From assembly GCA_951406725.2 (NCBI GenBank), contig OX597835.1, positions 45,074,001 through 45,138,000 on the forward strand: a stretch of DNA of 64,000 bases, given 5' to 3'. Origin of the DNA: Octopus vulgaris (Eukaryota). Within the stretch, counting starts at the first letter, position 1; each line of letters begins with the position of its first letter. Position numbers and translations under genes: made by a program. A model generated the notes under the pieces. The model had not been told where the DNA came from. It saw only the letters and a program-made list of their open reading frames with translations, and did not search any database. Of the stretch, positions 27,168 through 40,392 are shown in pieces.

Positions 27168-27491
27168 CGTATGTACGTACGTACGTACGTATGTATGTAT
27201 GTACATACGCACACATCCTCATATAGTATATATTTTTTATTCCGATTGCAATGTGTGATTGTAGGATTGTAAGGAGAAAGCGCGTAGTAAAGCATATCGA
27301 ATCCCATCACTCGGAGTAGGTAACTCCTCCGTTTGGTGATAAAATAATATAAGAAAACACGCAGAATAGAAAAAGGAAAGGAAGAAAAAGATCCAAAATG
27401 AATGAAACAGTTGTCATAATAAATAATACGAAGAGGACATGACTCGATTTAGGGGAACATGTAAGAGAAATAAAAGCGAGAATGGAAGAAT

Positions 27492-27614
<123 letters not shown>

Positions 27615-27664
27615 GTTACATAGTTATATATATATATATGTACATACATGTATATATATATATT

Positions 27665-27715
<51 letters not shown>

Positions 27716-28459
27716 TATATATATACATATATATATATATAGTTATATATATATAGTTATATACATATATATATAGTTATATATATACATATATATATAT
27801 AGTTATATATATACATATATATATATAGTTATATATATATAGTTATATATATATATAGTTATATAGTTATCTATATATACGATTGCATGTGTGTGTATGT
27901 GGGGTGTTTGTATAGAAATGATTATTTATTGAGATGTATATCCGGAAGAACATTTTCTGAAAGAAACAACAACAACAACAACAATGGGAAACAGTGTGAA
28001 TAAAAGCAACGGCAACAACAACACGAAAATTATGAACAGCAATGGCGGCAACAGCGTCAACGAATGAAAAACAAGGACAACTGAAACGCCGACGGCAACA
28101 GCACCAGCAGCAGCAGCAGCAGAAAGATGTGAAAGCCGCGTTGACGACATCATCAGCGCCGTCCATATTTATAACAACAACACCACCACCACCAACAACA
28201 ACAACAACAACAACAGCAACGAAAGCACCAATGCCAAATACAACTGCAACAGCAACTGCATGAACAAGCATAACAATGATGATATCTCCTGCATCTTACG
28301 GAGAATTGAAGATATGGATCGATGTGTTAAGGTGGATTATATCACCACCCTTGACGAAAAACCTATCTGGGTCCTGCCTTGCATTGAAAACCACGATAGT
28401 CTATATATTGTTGTGTATGACATGCATTAGTAGTTATATATCGTTGTACACATACATAC

Positions 28460-28605
<146 letters not shown>

Positions 28606-28607
28606 CA

Positions 28608-28697
<90 letters not shown>

Positions 28698-28698
<1 letters not shown>

Positions 28699-28834
28699 TA
28701 AGGTATGTAGAAAAATACAACATGGACAAGAACGTATAACTCTTAGAAGACGATACAATAAACACGGACAGGACATTCGAAACCCTCAGTCTTCAGTCAA
28801 GAACCGGATCATCGTAGTAATTTCGGCTGATTAA
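28698..28834 (-). mobile_element. 137-bp (TA)n-bounded insertion (probable PLE-type 3' end) with GAAA...CTGAAGA
   Basis: Exact reverse complement of 44959-45095 by eye. Confidence 0.85.
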
Positions 28835-28886
28835 TATATATATATATATATATATATGTGTATATATATATATGTGTGTGTATATA

Positions 28887-28930
<44 letters not shown>

Positions 28931-28936
28931 TATATA

Positions 28937-29447
28937 CTCTCTTTTACTCTTTTAATTGTTTCAGTCATTTGACTGCGGCCATGCTGGAGTACCGCCTTTA
29001 GTCGATCAAATCCACCCCAGGACTTATTCTTTGTAAGCCTAGGACTTATTCTATCGCTCACTTTTACCGAACCGCTAAATTACGGGGACGTAAACACACT
29101 AGCGTCGGTTGTCAAGCGGTGTTGGTCAGACAAACACAGACACACAAACATTCATACACATATACATACACACATATATATACATATATTCGACGGACTT
29201 CTTTAAGTTTCCGTCTACCAAATGTATATATATATGTGTGTGCGTGTATGTCTGTGTGTCTGTGTTTGTCCTCCTAGCTTTGCTTGACAACCGATGCGGG
29301 TGTGTTTATGTCCCCGTCACCTAGCGGTTCGGCAAAAGAGACCGATAAAATAAGTACTGGGCTTACGAGTTGCTCGACTAAAGGCTGTGCTCCAGCATGA
29401 CCGCACTCAAATGACTGAAACAAGTAAAAGAGTAAAAGAGTAAAGAG
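28937..29447. mobile_element. Two family A SINE 3' halves in inverted orientation
   Basis: 28937-29222 on the minus strand and 29235-29447 on the plus strand, both ending in (GTAAAAGA)n tails. Confidence 0.88.
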
Positions 29448-29933
29448 TCATTATTCTTGAGCTGTGTAGATAGCTGTTTTTTTTTATTGCTTAATTATTT
29501 CAGGACTGAGAAGACTAATTTGTACTGAATGCGTCATACAGTGTTTTGATATCATACCTCATAGATAATATCGCGATCACAATGTTTAAATAAATGCTAG
29601 TACGTGGGAGACCTTCGTTGCTGCTCCCACAGGACATGATTCAATTGTCCTACGTATGTGGTTTACTTGCATTGATATGTTTCAACGTTAAGTGTTACGC
29701 TGCCCGCTCTTGCTGTCTCACAGAAGAGATATTCCCTTCTCAATAGGATCTAATTGCTCAGCTGAGCGTAATAATGAGATGCCTGAAGTTTTCTGGCGTC
29801 AATGCATCTCTGGTGATACGTATTCAGAATTTCATATGTTAAAATGCAGTAACAACGTCGTGCTTTTTCTCTGCGTATAAATATCAGACACTATCTATCA
29901 AAGTTCTTAGACGGTGCATATTTATCAAGGCTC

Positions 29934-30099
29934 ATAGGCGCAGGAGTGGCTGTGTGGTAAGTAGCTTGCTTACCAACCACATGGTTCCGGGTTCAGTCCC
30001 ACTGCGTGGCATCTTGGGCAAGTGTCTTCGGCTATAGCCCCGGGCCGACCAATGCCTTGTGAATGAATTTGGTAGACGGAAACTGAAAGAAGCCTGTCG

Positions 30100-30140
<41 letters not shown>

Positions 30141-30358
30141 TTGTGTGTCTGTGTTTGTCCCCCTAGCATTGCTTGACAACCGATGCTGGTGTGTTTACGT
30201 CCCCGTCACTTAGCGGTTCGGCAAAAGAGAGCGATAGAATAAGTACTGAGCTTACAAAGAATAAGTCCCGGAGTCGATTTGCTCGACTAAAGGCGGTGCT
30301 CCAGCATGGCCACAGTCAAATGACTGAAACAAGTAAAAGAGTAAAAGAGTAAAAAGAG
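29934..30358 (+). mobile_element. tRNA-derived SINE family A, full length
   Basis: aggcgcaggagtggctgtgtggtaag head through the (GTAAAAGA)n tail. Confidence 0.95.
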
Positions 30359-30765
30359 TATATTTTGGTTAGTGAAACCCATATATTCCAATAATGAAGA
30401 AAAGCCTAATTTTGATTTCAAAACGATTAATTTTTTGTTTGTTTTAGATTTAATTAAGCTTGGAAACATCTTGTAAAAACTTTTTTTCGATTTGTACCAA
30501 CTTTGTATTAAAAAATCGTCTACGCTTATATTTTTTCTTTTCTTTTTGATAACACCAATATTGAATATATAGTCTTTATATAATCTCTGCTTGGATTGAA
30601 CCGGCGAACGTTGATGCTTAACATCCCCTTGAAAGCTTTTGGTCCTTATTTAATATATATATATATATATATATAGATAGATAGATAGATCGCCATGTTG
30701 ATTCGCTAACTTCTGCATGCATTTTTTTTCTCTCCTTGTTTCTTTCCGTGTTTCTTTTCTGTGTA

Positions 30766-30803
30766 TCTTCCTGTTGACGAGCGTAGGCTCGAAACGTAAA
30801 AGA
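30766..30803 (+). ncRNA. Minimal type I hammerhead-like motif with CTGTTGA core
   Basis: tcttc-CTGTTGA-c-gagc(gtag)gctc-GAAA-cg-TA-aaaga inside a microsatellite-bounded insertion 30690-30900; downstream tail resembles 3745-3820(-). Confidence 0.55.
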
Positions 30804-30900
30804 CTTGTTTTATTTATATTCCTGAGCGCCATACTGATACATTTGTTTTTTTGTATTCCACCTGCCTTCGTCTTTTGATTATTTTCATAAAGCTTCCCGT

Positions 30901-30962
<62 letters not shown>

Positions 30963-31028
30963 GGTCCCGGGTTGATTCGGGGTTAACCACAGTAAATAAG
31001 GTACTCAATACATAGCAGAGTAAAATTA

Positions 31029-31154
31029 ATTTATTATATAGAAGGAGCTTCTACAGGACTAGAACTGTTTCATTCAAGAGAAATCTTCAGGAAGCTTCCT
31101 GAAGATTTCTCTTGAATGAAACAGTTCTAGTCCTGTAGAAGCTCCTTCTATATA

Positions 31155-31160
<6 letters not shown>
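31029..31160. repeat. Perfect 132-bp palindrome carrying a hammerhead on both strands; one-sided extension 30961-31028
   Basis: Centre AAG|CTT at 31094/31095; arms are exactly complementary by eye. Confidence 0.95.
31093..31143 (+). ncRNA. Type I hammerhead ribozyme motif (mirror copy at 31046-31096, minus strand)
   Basis: agcttc-CTGAAGA-t-ttc(tctt)gaa-t-GAAA-cag(ttctagtc)ctg-TA-gaagct; GUA cleavage triplet. Confidence 0.8.
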
Positions 31161-31185
<25 letters not shown>

Positions 31186-31207
31186 CACTCGTCTATCTAT
31201 CTATCCC

Positions 31208-31585
31208 AGTGGGTTCAGTCCCACTGCGTGGCATCTTGGGCAAGTGTCTTCTGCTATAACCCCGGGCCGACCAATGCCTTGTGAGGGGATTTGGTAGACG
31301 GAAACTGAAAGAGGCCTGTCGTATATATGTATATATATATATGTGTGTGTTTGTTTGTGTGTCTGTGTTTGTGTGTCTGTGTTTGTCCTCGTAGCATTGC
31401 TTGACAACCGATGCTGGTGTGTTTATGTCGCCGTTATTTAGTGGTTCGGCAAAAGAGACCGATAGAATAAGTACTGGGCTTACAATAAGAATAAGTCCCG
31501 GGGTCGAGTTGCTCGATTAAAGGTGGTGCTCCAGCATGACCGCAGTCAAATGACTGAAACAAGTAAAAGAGTAAAAGAATAAAAG
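31208..31585 (+). mobile_element. SINE family A, 5'-truncated
   Basis: Starts at the B box gggttcagtcc; tail present. Confidence 0.9.
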
Positions 31586-32324
31586 TTAATTGTTTGCAGT
31601 CATTTACTTAACATACAAGAATTGAACACCCATTTTGTATATCTATAGCTACCTCCGAAGAGATTCGACTTACAAATAAGGTGTAAAGGATGTTTGTCAA
31701 TATTTTAATTAATAAATAATAATTTATTAATTACCTCTCTATTTTCTCATCTTAGAATAATAATAAAAATATATATATAAACCACGGTTTATATAGTTAA
31801 CTTGCAATTAAATAGTAGATACAATGTTCAATATTCTTTGTATAGGTAACAAACCAGTATTTCATGGCGTTTGGCTATACCTGAATGAGCTTTGTAACCT
31901 TTAATTGTGCTTCTGTTATATATTTGTATGTATATATATATATATGTGTGTGTGTGTGTATGTGTGTGCGTGTGTGTGTGTGTATGTGTGCGTGTGTGTA
32001 TACAGCGAGAGGAGGAAGTGAGAAGAGACAGTCACATAGTGTGAGAGACATTGGCGGGACAGTTCCGATCTCAGAATGTTGTTCTAAGCCATAAATAAGA
32101 ATGATGAGCTCCGTGTTTAAAACACTGAATAATTAGAATCATTCATATTCATACAATATGTCTACGACCGTCCAGCACAGCATATATCCGCTGATCTCCA
32201 TCAGAGGATGCTTACCGGATATACGCTCTGCTCGCAAATCACAGCCATAATGTAACAATACGAGGAATTCTAATTCGAGAGGAACAGACAGACACACACA
32301 CACGTACGCACACACATATGTAGG

Positions 32325-32363
<39 letters not shown>

Positions 32364-32409
32364 TCCTAGATATGTGTGTGCGTATATACATACATATATA
32401 TATACATAC

Positions 32410-32468
<59 letters not shown>

Positions 32469-32469
32469 G

Positions 32470-32740
32470 TGGAGGCGCAATGGCCTAGTGGACAGCGGAC
32501 TCGCGGTCACAGGATCGCGGTTTCGATTCCCAGACTGGGCGTTGTGAGTGTTTATTGAGCGAAAACACCTAAAAGCTCCACGAGGCTCCGGCAGGGGGTG
32601 GTGATCCCTGCTGTTCTCTTTTACCACTCTTTCTCTCACTCTTTCTTCTGTTGGCCTGCTCGCTTAGCCAGCGGGGTGGCGTCATTTGAAGCGATGTGTA
32701 ACAACATCTGATGGTCTGGTCGGTCACGTGATCACGTGAT
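32470..32740 (+). mobile_element. SINE family B
   Basis: Homologous to 371-675 with small deletions. Confidence 0.9.
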
Positions 32741-32765
32741 ATATATATATATAAGGGCATATATG

Positions 32766-32796
<31 letters not shown>

Positions 32797-33013
32797 GTAT
32801 AAAGACATATATATATATATGCATATATACATACATATATGTACATACCTACATCTATATGTATATATACATGCATATATATATATATAAGAGTACAGGA
32901 CACCACAAATAAACGTAGAACACAACGAGAAACGAAAACATAAAAACAAACAAGGAAACGGACTTTTTTTAACAATGAAAAACAGAGTATAAGACAAACA
33001 ATACAAGGAATAT

Positions 33014-33076
33014 TCCCCTTCATCAGCTGCCCCTGGTTCGACTCAATGCGTGTTTCGAAGATAAGGGCAGAACACG
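33014..33076 (-). ncRNA. Best-preserved permuted (pseudoknotted) hammerhead-like motif, within the (TA)n-bounded repeat 32891-33260
   Basis: Minus strand: cgtg-TT-ctgccctt-a-tcttc-GAAA-cacg-(14 nt)-aggggcag-CTGATGA-a-gggga; all three stems can pair. Confidence 0.6.
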
Positions 33077-33434
33077 ACCCGGACAAAGCAGTCCTTCCTG
33101 CAAAATGAATTTTAAAAAATTCTTTTGCAGAGGGGTAAAAAAAGTGACAAGAAGAGGACGTAAAAGCAATGCAAATAAATAAAAATACAGTACATATCGC
33201 GAATAAAACAGGACAGGGAAACAAACATTAAGTGCTTTTTGAAGCCTAGACGGTGGAATACATGTATATATGTATGTAAATATGTATATATATATATATA
33301 CACACACACAGATATATATATATGCGTACATATATACATTCTATATGTATGTGTATATATATACATATACACATATATACATATATATGTATATATATAT
33401 GTATATATATATGTATGGATATATGTATGTATAC

Positions 33435-33468
<34 letters not shown>

Positions 33469-34035
33469 TTATCTCTCTACCAATATATACACACACATAT
33501 ACGTACAAGTATCCAGATAGAGAAGGCAAGAGTAAGAGAGAGAGAGAGAGAGGAAGAGAGATAGAGAGAAATAGAGAGATAGGAAGGAAGAGAGAAGGGG
33601 AGAGAGTTGGGTGAGGGAAGTGGAAGATAAAGGCAGAGGGACAGAAAAAGATAGTGAGAATCGTTGGTATACTTATATTTTATACATACGTAAATCTATT
33701 TACTGGTCTTAACTCTACAAATCTGTTCATGTATACACACACACACACACACACACACATGCAGAAAAAGAAACGCAGTAATCAGAGAGTAACAATCGTA
33801 ATACGTCTAATGGTTATTGATTGACATTTATTATATTAAATATTTGATATATGTCATGGAAAGTTTTAACAATAATTCGGAATTATTTAATCTTTAGAAA
33901 ATCTCAATATAGATTAATTAGTTTACTATCATTGGCATACTACTAATATTAAAGAAGATTATTTGGAAAATCCTTCCTATATATCTGATATTGTATATTT
34001 GTGCGCTGTCATATACGTACATATATGCGTACATA

Positions 34036-35275
34036 CAAAGTAGTGTCAAGAAGTTTCAGGACTAGTACTGTGGCGCGCCGGCGGATGGCAGCACCCGGTT
34101 GTGTGTGCAGAGAGACTCAGCAGTGATCTTCACTTCGCAAGTTGAGAAATTTGTGTTTTTGTGATCACGTGTAAACTGTAGTTTGCCATTTTTGTCATGG
34201 AGAGGAAATTGGGAGGAAAGAAGCAACGTGAAATTTTGCGTTAAACTTGGGATATCTGCTACATCTGCTTTGCCAGGATTACGGTGCCAAGCCAATGGGT
34301 CGTACACACTGTTTCGAGTGGCGTGGGCGTTTCAAAAGTAGAAGAACATATCTGAAAGACGATGTGGGATCTGGAAGGCCTGCCTCGCGCACCACCTTGA
34401 AATGTGGAGAGCATTTATCAGCTTGTCCTCGTCGTCGGAGGACAATCAATGACATTGTTGTTTGTGGGTCGCACGGGTCTGTGAAGAGAAGTGTAACGTC
34501 TGAATTAAACATGTGGCGCGTCTCTGTCAAGTTTGTCCCCCGCACGATGACCAGCCGAAAGACAATCGCATGGAGGATTGTCTCCTCCAGCGTGCCGCTG
34601 ATGACCCGATCTTCAGGTCGATGATCATTGCCGGTTATGAGGGTTGGGTTTACGGGAACGATCCAGAGACGAGGCAGCAGTCGTCACAATGGAAGAGTGC
34701 TTCATCTGCACGAACAAAGAAGTAACGATATAGCCACAGGTCGATCAAGACCTTGTCCATCGATCTTTTTCTGCCATCTGCAATATTGTGCTTCGAGAAT
34801 TCGTCCCCCAGGGCCAAACTGTCATTTGCGAGTTCTACTGCAGCGTTTTGAAGTGTTGAAGAGAGGACATTTGGCAAAAGCGACCAGAACTGTGGTAGGC
34901 GAAGAATTGAATTTTTCAAGACAACAATGCACCCTGTCTCCGAGCTCTCTACATTTGTGAGTTTCTTGCAAAACACAACAAAGCATCGCTTTCGCACCCG
35001 CCCCTATTTGCCAAAGTTAGCACCTACAGACTTCCATTTCTTCCCTGAGATGCAGCACAAAAGGCACTCCTTTAACACCGTCGTCGAGACCCAGAGTGAA
35101 TTGCAGAATGTCAACGATTTGCCTGAAGGAAGCGACTTCCGGGCCGGATTCCGAAAGTGACAGGAAGGGACGGCCCTGTGTATTGCTGCGCAAGTTGGCT
35201 ATTTCGAAGGTGATGGAGCAAAAACTTAAGTAAATGAGTTATTTGGTAGTCTGGGAACATTTTAATACCACCTCG
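34036..35275 (+). mobile_element. Full-length degenerate mariner transposon
   Basis: Decayed TIRs (caaagtagtgtcaagaagtttcaggacta / tagtctgggaacattttaataccacctcg); transposase remnants at about 34197-35229: FVPR, AGYEGWVYGNDPETRQQSSQWK, QDNNAP, PYLPKLAPTDFHFFP. Confidence 0.88.
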
Positions 35276-35337
35276 ATTGTATGAGGGTGTGAAAGCGCTT
35301 GTATCTCTGAGTGTGTGTGACAACACTCACACATGTG

Positions 35338-35387
<50 letters not shown>

Positions 35388-35388
<1 letters not shown>

Positions 35389-35782
35389 TAGCAGTATCGC
35401 CCGGCGTTGCTCGGGTTTGTAAGGGAAATAATTATATAAGCATTTTTAGAGATGTAAAGTATAATAGCCATCTCAATATGGCTAACCACAAAGGGGGAGG
35501 GGTGTTACTGTAGCTTTTTACGTTCTGAGATTTAATAATAAATTTTAGAGAGTTACTTCCCTTATATATGTCAAAAATGGATTAAAAATGGGAAAAATTG
35601 ATGGTAATTTTTTTTTTAAATCGTAGACTCATCGTAGACGCGCGCTAATACCCAGACGGTCTCGATATGAATCACGACTATAAGATACCCGGTTTTGGTT
35701 AAACTGCACGGCAAAATGTGGGAGTAGTTTGGAGTCTAAATCGTAGGAGACAGACACACAACCTCACTTTTATATATAAAGA
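35388..35782 (-). mobile_element. Non-autonomous Helitron
   Basis: Minus strand 5' TCtttatatataa...; 3' hairpin cccgagcaacgccggg then CTAG; inserted between A and T. Confidence 0.8.
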
Positions 35783-35845
35783 TTTCCTCTATTTACATAA
35801 TATTGAGGTCTCATTCTTTCTTTTGTTATCTTACTGTTTTTACCA

Positions 35846-35882
<37 letters not shown>

Positions 35883-35892
35883 TATATATAGT

Positions 35893-36213
35893 TACAGAGA
35901 TGTACTTGCATAGCAAGTGACTTGATCTGAGATCGTGTGCTGGAACGAAAACAGTTGCAGCGTTGAAGGTGTTTATAAGCCATTTAAGAAACACACAAAA
36001 ACCGTTAGATTCACTTCAACATTTAAATTTAATTTGTGAAAATATTTTCGACGCTTTGAGACCGCGACCTGTTAGCACGATATTTTTGTCAGTGAACAGG
36101 TCGCGGTCTGAAAGCGACGAAAATATTTTGGCAAATTAAATTTAAATGTTGAAGTGAATGTAACGGTTTTTGTGTGTTTCTTAAATGGCTTACAAACACC
36201 TTCCACGCTGCAA
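35893..36213. mobile_element. Inverted PLE-type terminal repeat pair with a G3-C8 hammerhead (36085-36135, plus strand)
   Basis: Arms 35955-36073 and 36095-36213; extra tail on the left; tttgtca-GTGAACA-g-gtcgc..gcgac-GAAA-atat-TT-tggcaaa. Confidence 0.8.
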
Positions 36214-36578
36214 TATATATATACACACATATATATATATGTATGTATGTATGTATGTGTGTATATGTGTATGCATGTATGTGTGTGTGTGTGCGTGTCT
36301 GTGCTTGTGATTGTCCTCCACCACTGCTTGACAACGAATGTTGGTTTGTTTACATCCCTGTCACCTAGTGGTTTGACAAAGGAAACAGATAGAATAAGTA
36401 CAATGCTTACAAAAATAAAACTGGAGTTGATTCATTAAACTACAATTCTTCAAGGCATTGCCCCAGCATGGCCACAGACCAATGGCTGGAAAAAGCAGAA
36501 GAATAAAAGAATACATTCTCTGCTTTGGTCATATGTTGAAGGCATGAGAAAGCTTGAGTTTACATGAGAAGGCCTAAC

Positions 36579-37058
36579 AGACCTGGTAGAAACAGCAGCC
36601 AAATCTCCCTCAAATCACACCTTACTGTCTTATGTATGTATATATATATGAGCCAATGAGGGGGACCTCTACATGGTAGCTAGACCTGGTAGAAATAGCA
36701 GCCAAATTTCCCCCAAATCACACCTTACTGTCTTATCTATGTATATATGTATGTATGAGCCTATGAGGGAGACCCCTACATGGCAGCTAGACCTGGTAGA
36801 AATAGCAGCCAAATTTCCCCCAAATCACACCTTACTGTCTTATCTATGTATATATGTATGTATGAGCCTATGAGGGAGACCCCTACATGGCAGCTAGACC
36901 TGGTAGAAATAGCAGCCAAATTTCCCCCAAATCACACCTTACTGTCTTATCTATGTATATATGTATGTATGAGCCTATGAGGGAGACCCCTACATGGCAG
37001 CTAGACATGGTAGAAATAGCAGCCAAATCTCCCTCAAATCACACCTTACTGTCTTATC
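36579..37058. repeat. 107-bp minisatellite, about 4.5 units
   Basis: Unit agacctggtagaaatagcagccaaatttccccc...cctacatggcagct starting at about 36579, 36682, 36789, 36896 and 37003. Confidence 0.95.
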
Positions 37059-37561
37059 TTTCTGCTACTTGGATATAGGTGTTATATTCGTCGTAAAAAA
37101 ACTTTCCTGTCACACACTCACGCACACGCACACACACACACGCACCCTCACACACACACACACGCGCACACCCACACACACCCACTCACACACACGCACG
37201 TTAGCTTACAATTTTATTTATATATTTGCGTGTCTGTGTGGAAAGAGGAAGTGGGAGGCAGAGTGAAAGAATCACTCACTACAGTAAGTCAATTACTTTC
37301 ATTTTATTCGTTGCCCACTGTGTGTGTGCGTTTGCGTGTGCTGTAAACCAGACTAGAAAAGCATTTGACACACACACCAGAATGTGAGTTTTCTGTAAAT
37401 TTTGCTTAACTGGAGTTTAAATTTTAAAAACTGGACCTGGCATGACGCGATGCATTGTACTCTTAAAAATGCAAGGTAAATTGTAATTGAAGAAATCCTA
37501 TATTGTAGATTTGTATAACTCCCAAAGGGAGGCAGATAAAATCTGCCTTTTATAATAAGAG

Positions 37562-38127
<566 letters not shown>

Positions 38128-38599
38128 CTGGTCATTTGATACTAACAGAAAAAGGAAATTGTCCAAGGCTGTAGAGATTAATATATTTGATTTGGTCGAG
38201 GCAGTCTCGTCTTTTCTGAATTTTTCCTGCAAGTTTGAAATTCTTGAAGCACGTTACAACTGGAAATTGATGTGTTTCGCACGTTTATGTATAATGTTGT
38301 TGTCACGTACGGGATGATCTAAAGAAAGTATGACAAAAGGGCAGAATGAGAAATAAATGGACGAAAGAAAGAGGCAGTAGAAATATATTTATTCCCCTAT
38401 TTTTCGTTTTCCCACTTTCATAGAGCTATTTCATCTATGTGATGTACTGGTCACATGGTCGAGTGCCTATCACCTTATAGATTCATCGGAGCTTCGAACA
38501 TAAAATGTCAATGTATGTATATATGTGTGTATATGATTGAAGAAGACGGAACATTTTGAAACACCTATGCATACACAAACTAGCCGAACTAAGAACACT

Positions 38600-39145
38600 A
38601 CAGCCCCGTTGCCTGTTCACTATGAAAAAGGCAATCAGCTAGCATTCTTGAACGTATTAATAATAGGCACCACGTATGGAGTCAGGACATCCGTATACCG
38701 CAAGCCGACCTTCACTGGACAATACCAGAACTTTAACTCTCACCAGCCATACAGTGTAAAGAGGGGGATTGCTCAGTGCCTAAAACATCGAGTAATGAAT
38801 ATTATTACCGATCGTGATAAACATCACGAAGAACTGATCAAGCTCAGTAACAATCTATTAAGCAACAACTACCACAAAAGCATACTCTCCACTCCAATTA
38901 TGAAGAAAAGAGAGGATGAAGCCGATAAAGTTTCCACAGTCTGTCTACCCTATGTGAAAGGTCTCTCCGAAAAGATACAAAAGATATGACATCAGGACAG
39001 TATTCAAGAGTAATACAACACTTCATAAATAACTCCTTCGTGTAAAAACACCAATAGAAGAGAATATGACCAAAGACTGCGTGTACACCATCCCATGCAG
39101 CTCTGGGAGGTCAAACAAAGGCGAAACATGACGCCCTCTGAAAAT
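38600..39145 (+). pseudogene. Penelope-like element remnant: RT C-terminus/thumb and GIY-YIG start
   Basis: EKGNQLAFLNV..TSVYRKPTFTGQYQNFNSHQP..VCLPYVKGLSEKI, then ..CVYTIPCS..GET..RPLK; stops and frameshifts. Confidence 0.88.
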
Positions 39146-39989
39146 CTTTGCTATTCTGGAGTGATTTCGATGTCACATTCGTTGAAAGCATGCGGAATAT
39201 CTTGAATAAGGAAAAAAAAACATGAAACAAAACTCCGTTGCCGGGAAACTCAGAATCTCCCGTTGACCCAACGGGTCACGAGTAGTCTATGCATAAATGG
39301 GTACAGGACGTCAAAAACCGTAAACAACATGAAATACGAAAACTAATATGTTGAATAGGCAAACGAGAGAAACAAATGGAAAACAGGACAAGTAACATAA
39401 AGAACGACCCTTCATCTGTTGTCGGCTCTCCATCCATGATCGTGTATGTCCATCCATGTCGGCTGTTCATCCATGATCGTGTATTAATGCCATTGTGAAA
39501 TTGTTCACCTTTTTCATAACTGCCACGAGAGACTCATTCAAAACAAACCTGTGGTCGATTGCATTACACTTGACATCGTGGAGATCAATGAGAACCAAAT
39601 ATGAGTGTGCTGCAGAGAGAGCGTGACTTATGGTTGCCAGAAACTCATACGGCAGAGAACCACAGCTTGGTCGTCGGAAAGGAGATTTTTTTTGCTGTAA
39701 GTGTAAGTGTGGTTAATAAACATTAAGTCCAATGTGTTTTTGTAAAATCTCGCTGGTACGAGCATCACGTGTTTCTTCTGGGGTTGAAATGCACACACCT
39801 GTTTTCAAGAATAATTAAAATCACAAAGTTTTGGCCGGTCCGACGCTATAGCAGAAGACACTTTTACAATGTGCTACGTGGTGTAATAGAACCTAGATCC
39901 ATATGGTTTGGAAACAAACTTCTTACCACACACCTATATGTTTGACGCTTCAAATATCGCAGCAACTCTTAACAAAACTACAAATATTT

Positions 39990-40370
39990 CAGCGGCAGTC
40001 CTGATGCAGTGCCGCTATCAACTAGATTTTCCTTTTGCCTATTCTCTGGAGAAAGTCACTGGTTGCCGCATATATTCTCAAAAATTTCCTATCCCAGTCG
40101 ATTGCTCCAGTTTTCAAAAGAGACAACAAATCTCTGACGATGAATAACCGAGCGACTTTAAAAGTCCCACAGTTAAAAGTTTTATTAGTGGTGAAATCTC
40201 GTGTAACTCATTTCATGGGAAGTAACAGCTTACTCATTCCCAACCAGGGTGGTGTCTATAATGGCAGGAACTGCCTAACACTGCTCCTGCATTACATGCA
40301 CATACCCATACACACGTAGACTTGCGAAGAAATGTCTTAAATAGGATTAAAAAAGCAAACTGTATATGCT
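39990..40370 (+). pseudogene. CR1/L2-like LINE RT N-terminal remnant
   Basis: IAPVFKRDNKS..NNR..KV..FMGSNSLLIPNQGGVYNGRNCLTLL resembles P.FK.G....NYRP...Q.GF..GRSC.T.L. Confidence 0.6.
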
Positions 40371-40392
40371 TGCCCCATCAAACATATATATT

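Noticed and set aside
27925-28280. PolyQ/polyT coding exon (ORF 28042-28263)
   Set aside because: Decayed (CAA)/(CAG) trinucleotide tract with no domain or splice support
36579-37058. CRISPR-like array
   Set aside because: Whole units repeat with no unique spacers, context is eukaryotic, and there are no cas genes
38527-38577. Hammerhead upstream of the PLE remnant (TTGAAGA...GAAA-cacc-TA)
   Set aside because: Position is plausible, but the 3-8 pair and stems I and II are too decayed to call
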